A stretch of 64,000 bases of DNA from Phyllobates terribilis. Lineage: Eukaryota. The translations under genes and the position numbers were made by a program. Under the pieces are notes generated by a model. The model saw nothing but the letters and a program-made list of their open reading frames with translations. It had not been told where the DNA came from and did no database searches. The DNA is taken from contig NW_027362762.1 in the NCBI RefSeq assembly GCF_046119375.1, positions 190,092,001 through 190,156,000 on the forward strand, written 5' to 3'. Position 1 is the first letter of the stretch. Each line of letters begins with the position of its first letter. Positions 51,230-63,562 of the stretch are shown here, one piece after another.

Positions 51230-53527
51230 GCGAATTGCCTGTACAGGGCATTTGCTGCGTTTCAATTAAAGCCAATGGGCGGTGAAACGCTGCAGGTGGT
51301 ACCCGGGTCGGCAGAGGAGGAGTATTACTCATATCATCCGACCGCCACTCCTGCTGACAAAAGCAAGAGTGGCTCGGCTGAGGGGAGTAGTACTGTCCTC
51401 AGCCGAGCTGGGTACCACGCGGTGTTAAAATAAAAATTAAAAAAAAAAAAAAAAAACTTCTCACCTGTCCGGCGCCTTCGGGTGTCCTCCCGATGTGTTC
51501 AGGCTGGGGGTACACTGCGGGGAGTGTACTGTGCTACTAGGACCTGCGGTCACGTGACGGTCATTTGAGCTCTCAGCTGAAGAATGTTCCCACCAGTACT
51601 GTTGATGAGTCCACCAGAGCTGATCAGTTGATCTTCAGCTGATGAACCCCAGTGACCTCACTCCTGCAGCAGCAATGTACACTGACAGGGAGTGATTTTA
51701 CATTCCTCCTGTCAGTATACATTGCTGTCTTCTACATCCGGGCGGCAATCGTGACGGAATTGTGGACAACGTAGTGACGACGGACAGGTGAGGGATATGG
51801 TTGTTTTTTATTTTACGTTTTTTTCGGGAGATTCGGGGACTGAGTATAATAAAAAAAAAAAAAAAAATTGAAAGTGTGTTTTTTATTTCATTAAAATACT
51901 TTTATTCTGGCTGTGTATTTATTGAAAAAGTGCCGACAACTTTACTACACGCTTATTAATGGGGGCGTCTTATAGACGCCCTCCATTACTAACCTGGGCT
52001 TCACGTCAGCTGCCAATACAAGGCTGACGTGAACCTCAACCCATTTACCCCACTTGCCACCGCTACAGGGCAGTGGGAAGAGCGGAGGCTAAACGCCAGA
52101 TTTGGCGCATCTTATGGATGCGCCATTTCTGGGACTGCTGAAGGGTGATATTATTAGCTGCGGAGGGGGCTGGTATCCATGGCCCCTTCCCTGGCTATTA
52201 ATATCAGCCCACAGATGTCTGTTTAGCCTTTTCTGGTTAGATTTTAGAGGGGGACCCTACGTCAATTTTTTTCTGGGGTCCCCATCTAATCTAGCCAGTA
52301 AAGGCTAAACAAACAGCTGTGGGCTGATATTAATAGCCAGGAAACCTTGTTGGCTAATGGCCCCTTCCCCAGCTACTAATATCAGCCCCCAGCGGTCGGC
52401 TTTCCCTCTGCTGGTGATAAAAATGACGCGGGAACCCACGCCATTTTTTTTAAAATAAATTTTGGGCTCTGTGCCCACTATCCGGACGTAGCAGTGCTTT
52501 GGACCCATATTTTTGCTGCGTCCAAAACGTTGCAATCTATTGAACGCAGGTAAATCCACATGTGTTCACTGACCCATGCGGATTTATCATATTCAATACA
52601 TTCTAGTGGTCAAATTTATGTTGCGGAGACTAGCGACTCCACAAGAGAATTTGACATGCTACGGTCCTGAAAGACACGCTGCATGTCAGTGTTCGTGGGT
52701 GATTCGCAGCCTCAGATGCACACATAGCAGACATGGGATTTCTAGAGATCCCATCCACTATACTGTAAAATCTAGACGCTGCGGGTTTGATTCTGTATAA
52801 ACACGCAGTGTCAAACCTGCAGCGGCTCCTGATCATGGCCACGTGTCCAAACTCACCCGCAGCATGTCAACTTCTGTAGCGGACACGCTAGTCTCCACTG
52901 CAGACTTTGACCAATTGAAGTGTCATTATATGCAGTGGATTCACATGTACTGACAACAAGAGTGCGGCAGTAGAACACCGCGTTTTGAATGCAGCAAAAA
53001 TACACTGCTTCCAAAGAGCTGCTTGTAGATGTGTGTGGGGACGTAGCGGCTAACGAAACAGCTTTGAGCTGTTAATAATGACCAGGTACCATGTTTGCCT
53101 AATGGCACCTTCCTAGGCTAAAAATAGCAGCTCACAGCTGTCCCAGAAATTACATTAATGGAAATGCTAATGACATTGGGTGAATGGGATTAGCTGACAC
53201 CTAGCTCTTTTGTTTGGTGATAAGGTGTTAATCAGACCCTTGCATCACCAAACCTAATTAAAGTAAATAGTTAAACACACAGAGCAAAGACTTTATTTGA
53301 AATACAACAGACACATTCTTTAATCATTTAAATTAACCAATATACTCACCCCAGTTCTCACGGTAATCCAAGGGTTAAAGCAATGTCCCACCAAATAACT
53401 TTATTTAGCTCCAAAAACATTCATTTATGTACAAAAATGCAGCAAAACAGCATGTTTTTTCCTGTGAAGGAGATGCAGAAATGCTGCGGAAATTTCTGCT
53501 TCAAATCCTGAATGTGCGCACATAGCC
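51230..53527. mobile_element. Composite multi-hairpin non-autonomous element, Harbinger-like right end
   Basis: Many internal inverted repeats; ends CACATAGCC-TAA; left boundary uncertain. Confidence 0.5.
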
Positions 53528-55318
53528 TAAAGGGATTTTCCTCTCTTAGATTAATTTTCAATGGGCCCAGTGAAGGGAAATTTAAAACAAGTTTCAATGC
53601 TTCTCTTCTCAACATGGTCTGATCCTTCACATTTGCTGCTGATACCTTAAGTCAACATTCTATGAGGGCAGCTTGTGACCTCTGCAGCCAGTTGTCGGCT
53701 ACTGAATGGCTGCTGCCTTTGCATTTAGTCCACGTGGAAGAATCCAAGAGTGTGAAGGCTGCAGCTGATCAGCAGTCACTGATGTTGATGCCCTGAGCTC
53801 AGCCCGATGTGGAACACAAAGTGCGGAAGAGATGCCACCACATGATTTTTTTTTTTTTATTATTATTTTTCCATTTTGGTCCTATTGACAACTGATTTTA
53901 AGAGGGGGGTGTAACATTTTTAACCCCTTCCTGACTTGTGACGTACATGTACTTTACACATCGGGTGCCAGTGTATGGAGCAGGCTCCCTAGCTGAGTCC
54001 GCCCTACACATGGTAGATGACAGCTGTGTCATGCAGCCATCATCCACTTAAATGACAGCAACCGGAGCTAGCTCTGATTATTGTTGCCGTTTTACATATT
54101 AAATGCCACTGTCAGTATGATGGGCCATTTCTAGCTCCCATTTGCTCCCACACGAAATGATGGAAGCCACTGGGTTGCCGTGACAGCTGGTCCCTGCGAA
54201 CGCTCCCATGGCTGCTAGCTTTATTTATTTGTTTTTTATCGGTCGACCATGACAGCACCACGAGAGAGGGGATCCGCCCACCAAGGACAGGAAACCTTCA
54301 GGCTTAAAAGAGGCGGCCCTTTCTTCTCGCCTCAGTTTTGGTTTCCTGTCCTTGATGGAGGGAACCTCTGACAGGCTTACCTGTGAAGATGTCTGGAAGA
54401 AGTGTGCTGTCGAGCTGCGCCCCTGTCTGGGATCAGCAGCTCCAGTACCGTCCTGTGCCCTGGGCTGTGGGAGCTGCGCCCCTGTCTGGGGTGGCAGCTC
54501 CAGCCAGATGGATCGTGATGACGGAGGCTGCGCCCCTATCTGGGGACGGCAGCCCCAACTTGAGGTGGGCACAGCATTGGGGGGCTGCGCCCCTGTCTGG
54601 GATTGGCAGCCCCAGACCTGCGATCAGGACGCTGGGGGAGCGGCACCCCGTCCGGGGTGGGGCCGCCCCTAGCAGCAGGTGAACGCTAGCTGGAGCAGGC
54701 AGCTGGAGGGAGAAAGCGCCGATTACGGGAGCAGCTCCTCTATGACCAGCACCGCAGGATGCGGCGCCCCCGTATTCTTCCGGTCTTTTACTAGGCTGGG
54801 GGCGGGGTCTGATGCCGGGCGGTCATATGACCAGACAGGAAGTCCGGTCCACATGCATGCAGACGCCGCGTGAGTGCTGCATTCTCCCCTCCAACCAGCA
54901 GATGGCAATGTAAAAAAAAAAAGAGGGGAAATTAAAGGGAAGTAGACGCTCCTATTTAAGCATCCAGATATCGCTGCTCTAAGCTTCCCATCTACTTCAG
55001 AACTCTATTGTTAATGGATTCTGAAGACGAGCAGCAGCAAATCCAGCGGCCGCTGCTTTCTCCATCTCCGCGGTCGCCTGGGGAGTCCCAGGAGACATGA
55101 CCCCCCTCGAGTCACCAGCAATTCTCGGACTTCAGGTAGACGAACCCGGTCCAGCCATCGTGACTCTAACAAGATGGACGAATCTGCAGCCCCTAGGGGA
55201 CGATCCCCTGGCTGAGAAAGGTCCTCCAGCTAAACCGGTACCGGCTATTTGAGCTCTGGGTAAGTGATCTTCGAGAAAGTTCACTTGGGTAATAAGGTGT
55301 CCATTCTTATCCGTTTAG

Positions 55319-56550
55319 GGGAAGAAGTGTACTTCCAAAACCAAACACAAGCAATGTGTTATACGAGGCCCTATTGGCGTACTCATATTCCAAAAGACTG
55401 TGCCAGTCCTGCATAAACCAAACTTTGGTGGATGAGACCCCTAGTTTTGCCTCAGGCTTAAAAACCCTAGTTAAATCAGAGGTGAGCAAACTCCTCTGTA
55501 AAAAGTGTAAGCGGAAGGAAGCTAACCATGAGGTCTCCCCAACTCCTGATTATTCCCTATCATCAGCTGAGGAGGTGGACTCTTCTTTATCCTCCTCATC
55601 CTCGGATAGTGGTTCAGGCCAGCACTGCTTTCCGTTAAATGAAGTTGACGAGTTGGTTAAAGCGGTCCGCTCAACCATGGGCATTATGGACCTCAGACCA
55701 GAGAAGTCAGTCCTAGATGTCATGTTCAGAGGACTGGGGCAGAGGAAGAGAAAATGTTTCCCGTTTAATGATAAACTTCAGGGTCTAATCAATAGAGAGT
55801 GGCAAAAGCCGGAAAGAAAGGGTTCTCTCCACCCATTCTTTAAAAGAAAGTACCCCTTTGAGGACTCGGCCTCCTCCTCCTGGGAGAAGGCTCCCAAACT
55901 AAATGCAGCCATAACTAAAGCTTCTAAAAAGTCATCTCTCCCCTTTTGATGATATGGGGCCCCTTAAAGATCCTCTGGACAGAAAAGCGGATATGTTTCT
56001 CAAAGGCACTTGGGAAACAACTGCTGGGGCTTTAAAACCGGCAATTGCTGCAACTTGCACAGCTAGATCTTTGATGATCTGGCTAGATCATCTGTAATCG
56101 CATTTAGAAAACAACACATCCAGGAAAGAGATCTGGTCTAGTATCCCACTCATGCAGGGGGCAGCAGCCTTCCTAGCGGATGCTTCCACGGACTCTGTTA
56201 AGTTAGCTGCTAGATCGGCCGCCAAGTCTAATGCAGCCCGCAGGGCCCTGTGGCTCAAGTGTTGGCCGGGTGACATCCAGGCTAGAACTAGACTCTGTGC
56301 TATACCTTGCGAAGGGGAACATCTCTTCGGTCCAGTCCTGGATGAAATCCTAGACGAAGCAAACGACAGGAAGAAAGGTTTCCCTAGCCTGTCCATGCCT
56401 GCCTATAAGCGGTCTTTTCGCAGGAGAAGATTTGTGCGTAAAAAGCCACAGAAAGGCCAGGATAAATGGGAAGACCGTAAACCAAAAGGTAGAGGTCTTC
56501 TGTTCAGTACGTCATTTTCCACTCGGGAGCCCTGGAAATCGAGTCAATGA
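55319..56550 (+). pseudogene. DIRS ORF1 (gag-like; C4 Zn finger, LKDPLDRKAD motif)
   Basis: Frameshifts near 55362 and 55945; stop at 56095. Confidence 0.8.
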
Positions 56551-58420
56551 CTCGTAGCTCAGGTAAGGGGGAGGCTGACGGGTTTCTTACCTGCCTGGAC
56601 AAAGATATCAGCCAGTAACTGGATCCTTAATCTGATAGGTTTGGGTCTGAGATTCCAGTTCCAAGCAGTTCCTCCTGGACGGTTTATCTTGAACCCCGGT
56701 TCGTTCCTCTATATCAGAACAACTCGCTCTTCAGGAAGAAGTACTGGACCTTGTTCATAAAGCAGTCCTGGTGGAGGTCCCGGCGTCTGAAAGGGGGTTG
56801 GGATCTTGCTCCCCTCTCTTTCCGGTCTCTAAGCCGGACGGTTCTTTCAGGTGTATTATATTTAAAAGCCCTGAATACATTCTTGATAATCCCCACCTTC
56901 AAAATGGAATCGATAAGGTCAACAATAAAATTCCTGTTTCCAGATTGTTACATGGTAGTTTTGGATTTGAAAGACGCCTATTACCATGTACCTATCCATA
57001 CAGATTACCAGAAATATCTTAGAGTGGCTGTGGTTATAGGTGGGGTAATCAAGCACTTTCAATATATGGTCCTGCTGTTCGTTCGGTTTAGCCATAGCCC
57101 CCCGGGTATTTACCAAAATTGTGGCAGAGGTAATGGCTCATGTTAGAGAGCATGACATATTAATTATCCCTTATCTGGATTATTTCCTGATAGTTGGTAA
57201 CTCAGCCCTTCAATGTAGTAAGCATCTAAAAATAGTGATCTCCATCTTAGAGAATCTGGGCTGGGTCCTCAATTTAAATAAATCTAGGTTAACGGCCACA
57301 AAAGTTCAGCAATTCTTAGGAGTTATGCTGGATTCAGATTCTCAGACATGTTACCTCCCTGAAGCCAAAAAACTAAGGATCAGGGATCAAGTAAGAAGGG
57401 CAGTGTCAAACCCAGTCATGTCCCTGAGAGCTGCGATGTCCCTGTTAGGTACCCTGACATCTTGCTTCCTGGGGTTCTGTGGGCTCAATATCACTCCAGG
57501 ATTTTACAATGGGATGTACTGCATAATGAAGTTATGTTGAAGGGGCGCTTGGAGGGGAGGTTTTCCTTGTCTTCCCGGTCAGTTGAATCCTTACAGTGGT
57601 GGGATAATGAAGTGAACTTATCCAGAGGGGTCCCCTGGGTTTTTAGAACAACCCGAACAATTACTACCGATGCCAGTTTCAGTGGGTGGGGTCCCATCTG
57701 GGAGATATTGTAACCCAGGGGTCATGGTCTAATTTGGAAAAGAGTCTCTCCCCCCAACGCTAAAGAGTTGCTAGCGATAGACAGGGCAGTCAATTATTTT
57801 CTAGTTTTTCTTCAAAATCGTGATGTAAAAGTTTTCTCTGATAATAAAATCGCAGTAGCTTACGTGAACCACCAAGAGGGTACATGATCAAGAACTCTGA
57901 GAGTTGCGGATCATCTCTTTCAGGTCTTGGAATGCCATCTTCGTTCCCTACTAGCCCTTCATATAAAGGGAAAAGAAAATTCAAGGGCAGACTACTTAAG
58001 CCGCTATACCCTGAGACAGGGGGAATGGGAACTAAATCAGGACATTTTCTCCCAAATTGTCCAAAGATGGGGACCTCCAGTAGTGGACTTGTTTGCTACA
58101 AAGTTAAATCGGAAAACTCAGCGCTTCTGTTCCCTGGATCCCAAAGAAAAACCACTGGCAGTAGACGCTCTCCAGATACCTTGGGGGTTCAGTCTAGCCT
58201 ATGCCTTTCCCCCGTTAACCCTTCTTCCTATGGTTATCAGGAAGATCAGGGAGGACAAGGCGAGAGTTCTGCTGGTCGCACCCTTTTGACCCAGGAGGCC
58301 CTGGTTCTCATGCCTCAGGAGCATGTCTGTGTCAGATCCTTGGGTTCTACCAGAAGTTCCGGATCTCCTCTTCCAGGGTCCTATAGTCCATCCTCAAGTG
58401 TCTGGCCTCCACTTGACGGT
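56547..58420 (+). pseudogene. DIRS RT / RNase H / methyltransferase-like ORF
   Basis: DLKDAYYHVPI; YLDYF (catalytic DD altered); TTDASFSGWG; VDLFA..YAFPP; several frameshifts. Confidence 0.88.
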
Positions 58421-58429
58421 ATGGAACTT

Positions 58430-59446
58430 GAAGGGGAGCTATTAAGAAAAAAGGGATTCTCCCAAGGCTTAGTGACAACCTTAATGCGTAGCCGTAAGCC
58501 TATTACAACCAGAATTTATGCGAGAACATGGAAGAAGTTTTTATCTTTTTCCGGTTCCAGAGTCGGTGAGGAGGCTCCAATAAGTAAAATTCTAGAATTT
58601 CTGCAAAAAGCTCTTGAGTTAGGGTTAGCCACTAGCACCCTGAAGGTTCAGGTGTCCGCCTTATGCGCCTTATATAGCTGTGATCTGGCGAGTAATTATT
58701 GGATTTCTCGTTTCATTAAAGTCCAGGCCCATTGTCAAAAGCAAATTGGTACCCTGGGATCTAAATTTGGTTCTTAAAGCCTTAACTGGTCTACCCTTTG
58801 AGCCAATAGAGTTAGCCACTCTTAAGTCCCTCTCCCTTAAAACAGCACTTCTGATAGCTTTAACGTCTGCTAGGAGAGTTAATGATATTCATGCCCTGTC
58901 TTCAGCCTTGCCCTTCACTCAGATCCTGGATGATAAAATAATTCTTAAACCTGATCCCACCTATCTTCCTAAAGTAGCTACCCGTTTTCACAGACTCCAA
59001 GCAGTAGTCTTACCCTCCTTCTGCCCTAATCCGGGTAACCGGAAAGAAGAAGAGTTTCATACACTAGACGTAAGGAGATTTATAATTAGGTACCTCTTGG
59101 TCACCAGAGAGTTTAGAAAAGATAGTTCGTTATTTATATCCTACCAAGGTGTTAGGAAAGGCTCTAAAGTCACAAAGTCCACCATAGTTAGATGGATCAG
59201 GGAGGCTATTTCCCTAGCTTATACATTCAGCGGTGAGGAAATACCACAAGAATAGAAGGCTCACTTCACCTGGGCAGTGACTACCTCCTGGGCGGAGAAG
59301 ACTGGTGTCTCGATAGAAGACACATATGTAAGGCTGCTGCCTGGTCTTCTCAGTCTACCTTCTATAGGCACTATAGACTGGATTCGGGTGTTTCGTTTCA
59401 TTTCACTTTTGGGAGAAGGGTGCTCCAAGCTGTAGTCCCTCCCTAA
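58430..59446 (+). pseudogene. DIRS tyrosine recombinase
   Basis: LTSARRV; HTLDVRR; AHFTW (HxxR degenerate); TFYRHYRL; frameshift ~58720-58770 and stop at 59253. Confidence 0.88.
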
Positions 59447-60268
59447 ACTTCTTCATCTCTGTAATTCTCTCGTGGTGCTGTTATGGTCGACCGATAAAGT
59501 CATAAGTTACTTACCCGTAACGGGATTTTTCGGAGACCATGACAGCACCCTTTTATTCCCTCCCTTCACATTGGTGGGAGCACTCCTTGTTTATTAATTT
59601 TCACTCTTAAGTTGGTGATTTATAGAAATGTTGGTTTATCATGTTTTGCTATGTCTACTAACCTGATGGTCCTCTCAATGCTCTGTAATCCAAACTGAGG
59701 CAAGAAGAGAGGGCCGCCCCTTTTAAGCCTGTAGGTTTCCTGTCCTTGGTGGGCGGATCCCCTATCTCGTGGTGCTGTCATGTTCTCCGAAAAATCCCGT
59801 TACCGGTAAGTAACTTATGACGTTTCATCTCTCTTTTTATTTTTTACATATTAGAAATATTTATTTTATAATAAACCGAAGCAGAAAGGCTGGACTTCAT
59901 AGGAGACATAACTTTCTCTGTATGCTGCAATATTAGGAAAGTTTTTAAAAACATTAAAAAAAAAATCAAGATTCGTGTCACAATCCTTTTCTCAGTTTTA
60001 AAATTAAAAAAGATGTCTGGTATCATTTACGTTCATAAAAGTCCAATCTGTAAAATTTCAAACTTATTTAACTCATAGGTCAGCTCTTGCACCCTCTTAA
60101 AAAATGCAATAACTAGCTATCATAACTTTATAACTATTCTAAAATGGTGCCAACAAAAACCTCAGTTTGTCTTGCAAACGAACAAGCCTTCACATAGCAT
60201 TTTCATTTCTCCGTTGATGGAGCTATGCATCTCAGAAAAAAGGCAACACATACAATTTTTTTTATATA

Positions 60269-61830
60269 CACTGCTCAAAAAAAATAAAGGGAACACTCAA
60301 ATAACACATCCTAGATCTGAATGAATGAAATATTCTCATTGAATACATTGTTCTGTACAAAGTTGAATGTGCTGACAGCAAAATCACACACAAATCATCA
60401 ATGGAAATCAAATTTATTAACCAATGGAGGCCTGGATTTGGAGTCACCCCCAAAATTAAAGTGGAAAAACACACTACAGGCTGATCCAACTTTGATGTAA
60501 TGTCCTTAAAACAAGTCAAAATGAGAATTGTGTGTGGCCTCCACGTGCCTGTATGACCTCCCTACAACGCCTGGGCATGCTTCTGATGAGGTTGCGGATG
60601 GTCTCCTGTGGGATCTCCTCCCAGACCTGGACTAAAGCATCCGCCATCTCCTGGTCAGTCTGTGGTGCAACGTGACGTTGGTGGATGGAGTGAGACATGA
60701 TGTCCCAGATGAGCTCAATCGGATTCAGGTCTGGGGAACGGGCGGGCCAGTCCATAGCTTCAATGCCTTCCTCTTGCAGGAACTGCTGACACACTCCAGC
60801 CACATGAGGTCTGGCATTGTCCTGCATTAGGAGGAACCCAGGGCCAACCGCACCAGCATATGGTCTCACAAGGGGTCTGAGGATCTCATCTCGGTACCTA
60901 ATGGCAGTCAGGCTACCTCTGGCAAGCACATGGAGGGCTGTGCAGCCCACCAAAGAAATGCCACCCCACACCATTACTGACCCACTGCCAAACCGGTCAT
61001 GCTGAAGGATGTTGCAGGCAGCAGATCGCTCTCCACGGCGTCTCCAGACTCTGTCACGTCTGTCACATGTGCTCAGTGTGAACCTGCTTTCATCTGTGAA
61101 GAGCACCGGGCACCAATGGCGACTTTGCCAATCCTGGTGTTCTGCAGCAAATGCCAAGCGTCCTGCACGGTGTTGAGCTGTGAGCACAACCCCCATCTGT
61201 GGACGTCGGGCCCTCATACCACCCTCATGGAGTCAGTTTCTAACCGTTTGTGCAGACACATGCACATTTGTGGCCTGCTGGAGGTCATTTTGCAGGGCTC
61301 TGGCAGTGCTCCTCCTGTTCCTCCTTGCCCAAAGGTGGAGGTAGTGGTCCTGCTGCTGGGTTGTTGCCCTCCTACGGCCCCCTCCACGTCTCCTGGTGTA
61401 CTGGCCTGTCTCCTGGTAGCGCCTCCAGCCTCTGGACACTATGCTGACAGACACAGCAAACCTTCTTGCCACAGCTCGCATTGATGTGCCATCCTGGATG
61501 AGCTGCACTACCTGAGGAACTTCTGTGGGTTGTAAAGTCCGTCTCTTGCTACCACGAGTGTGAAAGCATAACCAATATTCAAAAGTGATCAAAACATCAG
61601 CCAGAAAGCATTGGTACTGAGAGGTGGTCTGTGGTCCCCTCCTGCAGAACCACTCCTTTATTGAGGGTGTCTTGGTAATTGCCAATAATTTCCATCTATT
61701 GTCTATTCCATTTGCACAACAGCATGTGAAATTGATTGTTCATCAGTGTTGCTTCCTAAGTGGAGAGTTTGATTTCACAGAAGTTTGATTTACTTGGAGT
61801 TATATTCTGTTGTTTGTGTTCCCTTTATTT
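60269..61830 (-). mobile_element. Tc1 DD34E transposon with nearly intact transposase
   Basis: TA-CACTGCTCAAAAAAAATAAAGGGAACAC TIR, other end truncated; frame 61547-60516 continuous apart from one TGA at 61235-61233 and a presumed start lost (AAG); FTDE, QDN and NPIE intact. Confidence 0.9.
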
Positions 61831-62273
61831 CCTAAATTTCGAATCTTTTTTGCTAACTAAATATAAAAGAAAAAACTGTACAAGTTTGGTATTCTCATAA
61901 TTGTACTGACCCGAAGAATACATTGTATGGTAAAATTGTGGTACCGCTCAAAGCTACAACTCGTCTTGCAAAATGCAAGCCCTCACATGGCTATGTCCAC
62001 AGAAAAATAAAAAAGTTACGGCTCTTGGAAAAGGGGGATAAGAAGAAACAAACACCCAAAAAGAAAATTTTCCACGAGAGAGAGAGGGTTAAGCCTTATC
62101 TACCGAAAGTCAGAGCTTTTCTTTTCATATAAAATTATGTGCAGAATGATTTGTATTCTTTATCCTAGTATAAACTGGTATTTTAGTTCCATAACCATAA
62201 GACAATTTTTTTCCCCCAATGTTCAATAGAAGGGTCAGCACTCCATTGGAAGGCTGCATTCGTTAGAAATAAT

Positions 62274-62470
62274 GAAGTCCCAGCACTCAAATCAGTTTCA
62301 ATGCTTCTTTAATGAATATCCACATGGAAAGACGTTTCAGCCCATCCCGAGCTTTTGTCAAATTTTGTCATCCTGAGAATTTTGACAAAAGCTCGGGATG
62401 GGCTGAAACTTCTTTCCATGTGGATATTCATTAAAGAAGCATTGAAACTGATGTGAGTGCTGGGACTTCA
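62274..62470. repeat. Near-perfect palindrome with a hammerhead-like motif on each strand
   Basis: ~90-bp arms; TTGACAA-A-AGCTC-GGGAT-GGGCT-GAAAC-GTC on the minus strand (GAAACTTC on plus). Confidence 0.7.
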
Positions 62471-62908
62471 ACATTTTTTTCCAGGCTGTTAGATGCAATT
62501 GCATTGACAAGTTAGAAGTAGATACATGAAGGGGTTGTCCACCTTAAGTGACGTTTTTCTTAAATGTATATAATTGGGACTTATATTCAATTTTCCACTT
62601 GGGTTTCATTGAATTTTAGCACCATTTGCCTTCTATGGTCTCTGGGTTTCACTGACTCTTGGTGCTTGCAGAATGAGTTACCTGAGAATCTGTCCGTAAG
62701 CCCACTATGGTGGTCTGAAATGGGGGTTTGTATGAAAAATATTTTAAATGTCTTTTTTCTGAGCTCCTCTTAGCTGATTTTTGACCACACCACATCCAAG
62801 TTAAATATTCAGAGAAGCAAAAAGCCTTTAAAAGCCAAACGGTGCAAAATCTTTTAATGAATCACAATTGCAACCAAATGATTTTTAGCTCCAAACACAT
62901 GTATTTAA

Positions 62909-63562
62909 AGGGAACTTATGTCCCAAAACGCTATTAACCTGCTGATATTGGGATAATCTGTAGGTAAATGGCATTGTGAAGCTGTACGGCCACCGCACTG
63001 AAAACCCAGCTGCCAACATGAAATGAACTTTATTCCTGCCAGAAGCCTCAGGCTTTCAGTCGTAGAGTCACAGGTGGCACGGCTTCAGTCACCGCTTAGT
63101 ACCTAGCGAGTGGTGGCTGTAACCATGCTCCGGCACTGACTGGCAGCCATCTCTGAAGCTGCACCACTGTGACTGAAAGCCAGAAGATGCCAGGAGGAAT
63201 AAAATAAATTTCCTCCCGGCAGCCGGGCTTTCAGTGTGGTGGCCACGTGGCTTTAGTACACTATTTACCTGCAGATTAACCCAATGAAATGAACTTTATT
63301 CATCCTGGCATTCTCGGATTTTCAGTCATAGAGGTGCAACTTCAGAGCCGGCTGTCAGTCAGTGCCAAAGCATGGTTACAGCCACCGCTCACAAGTTTCA
63401 AAGCGGTGACTGAAAGCCCGAGTCTTCAGGGAGGAATAAAGATAATTTCTTCCTGGCAGCCGGGCTTTCAGTGCGGTGGCTATACAGCTTCAGAATGCTG
63501 TTACCTGCAGATTTACCCCATATCTGCAGGGTAATAGCGTTTTGGGTCATGACAGGTTCCCT
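62909..63562. mobile_element. T2/Kolobok MITE with internal head-to-tail dimer
   Basis: TTAA-AGGGAAC ... GTTCCCT-TTAA; AAATGAACTTTATT units at ~63020 and ~63287. Confidence 0.8.

Larger units (their letters stand above)
54235..59821 (+). mobile_element. DIRS1-type tyrosine-recombinase retrotransposon, ends complete, ORFs decayed
   Basis: Left ITR 54235-54340 is inverted to right ITR 59691-59782, which has a 3' extension to 59821; ICR 59466-59548 is complementary to both ends; no TSD; gag, RT/RH/MT and YR remnants. Confidence 0.95.
53924..62088. mobile_element. Probable piggyBac-like non-autonomous element hosting the nested DIRS and Tc1 insertions
   Basis: TTAA-CCCCTT start and GGG-TTAA end; AT-rich segments 59822-60266 and 61830-62088 look like parts of one element; TIR match is weak. 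Confidence 0.45.

Noticed and set aside
54412-54672. CRISPR array call
   Set aside because: Vertebrate DNA inside a retrotransposon, no cas genes, and divergent repeats; kept only as a hairpin-array finding
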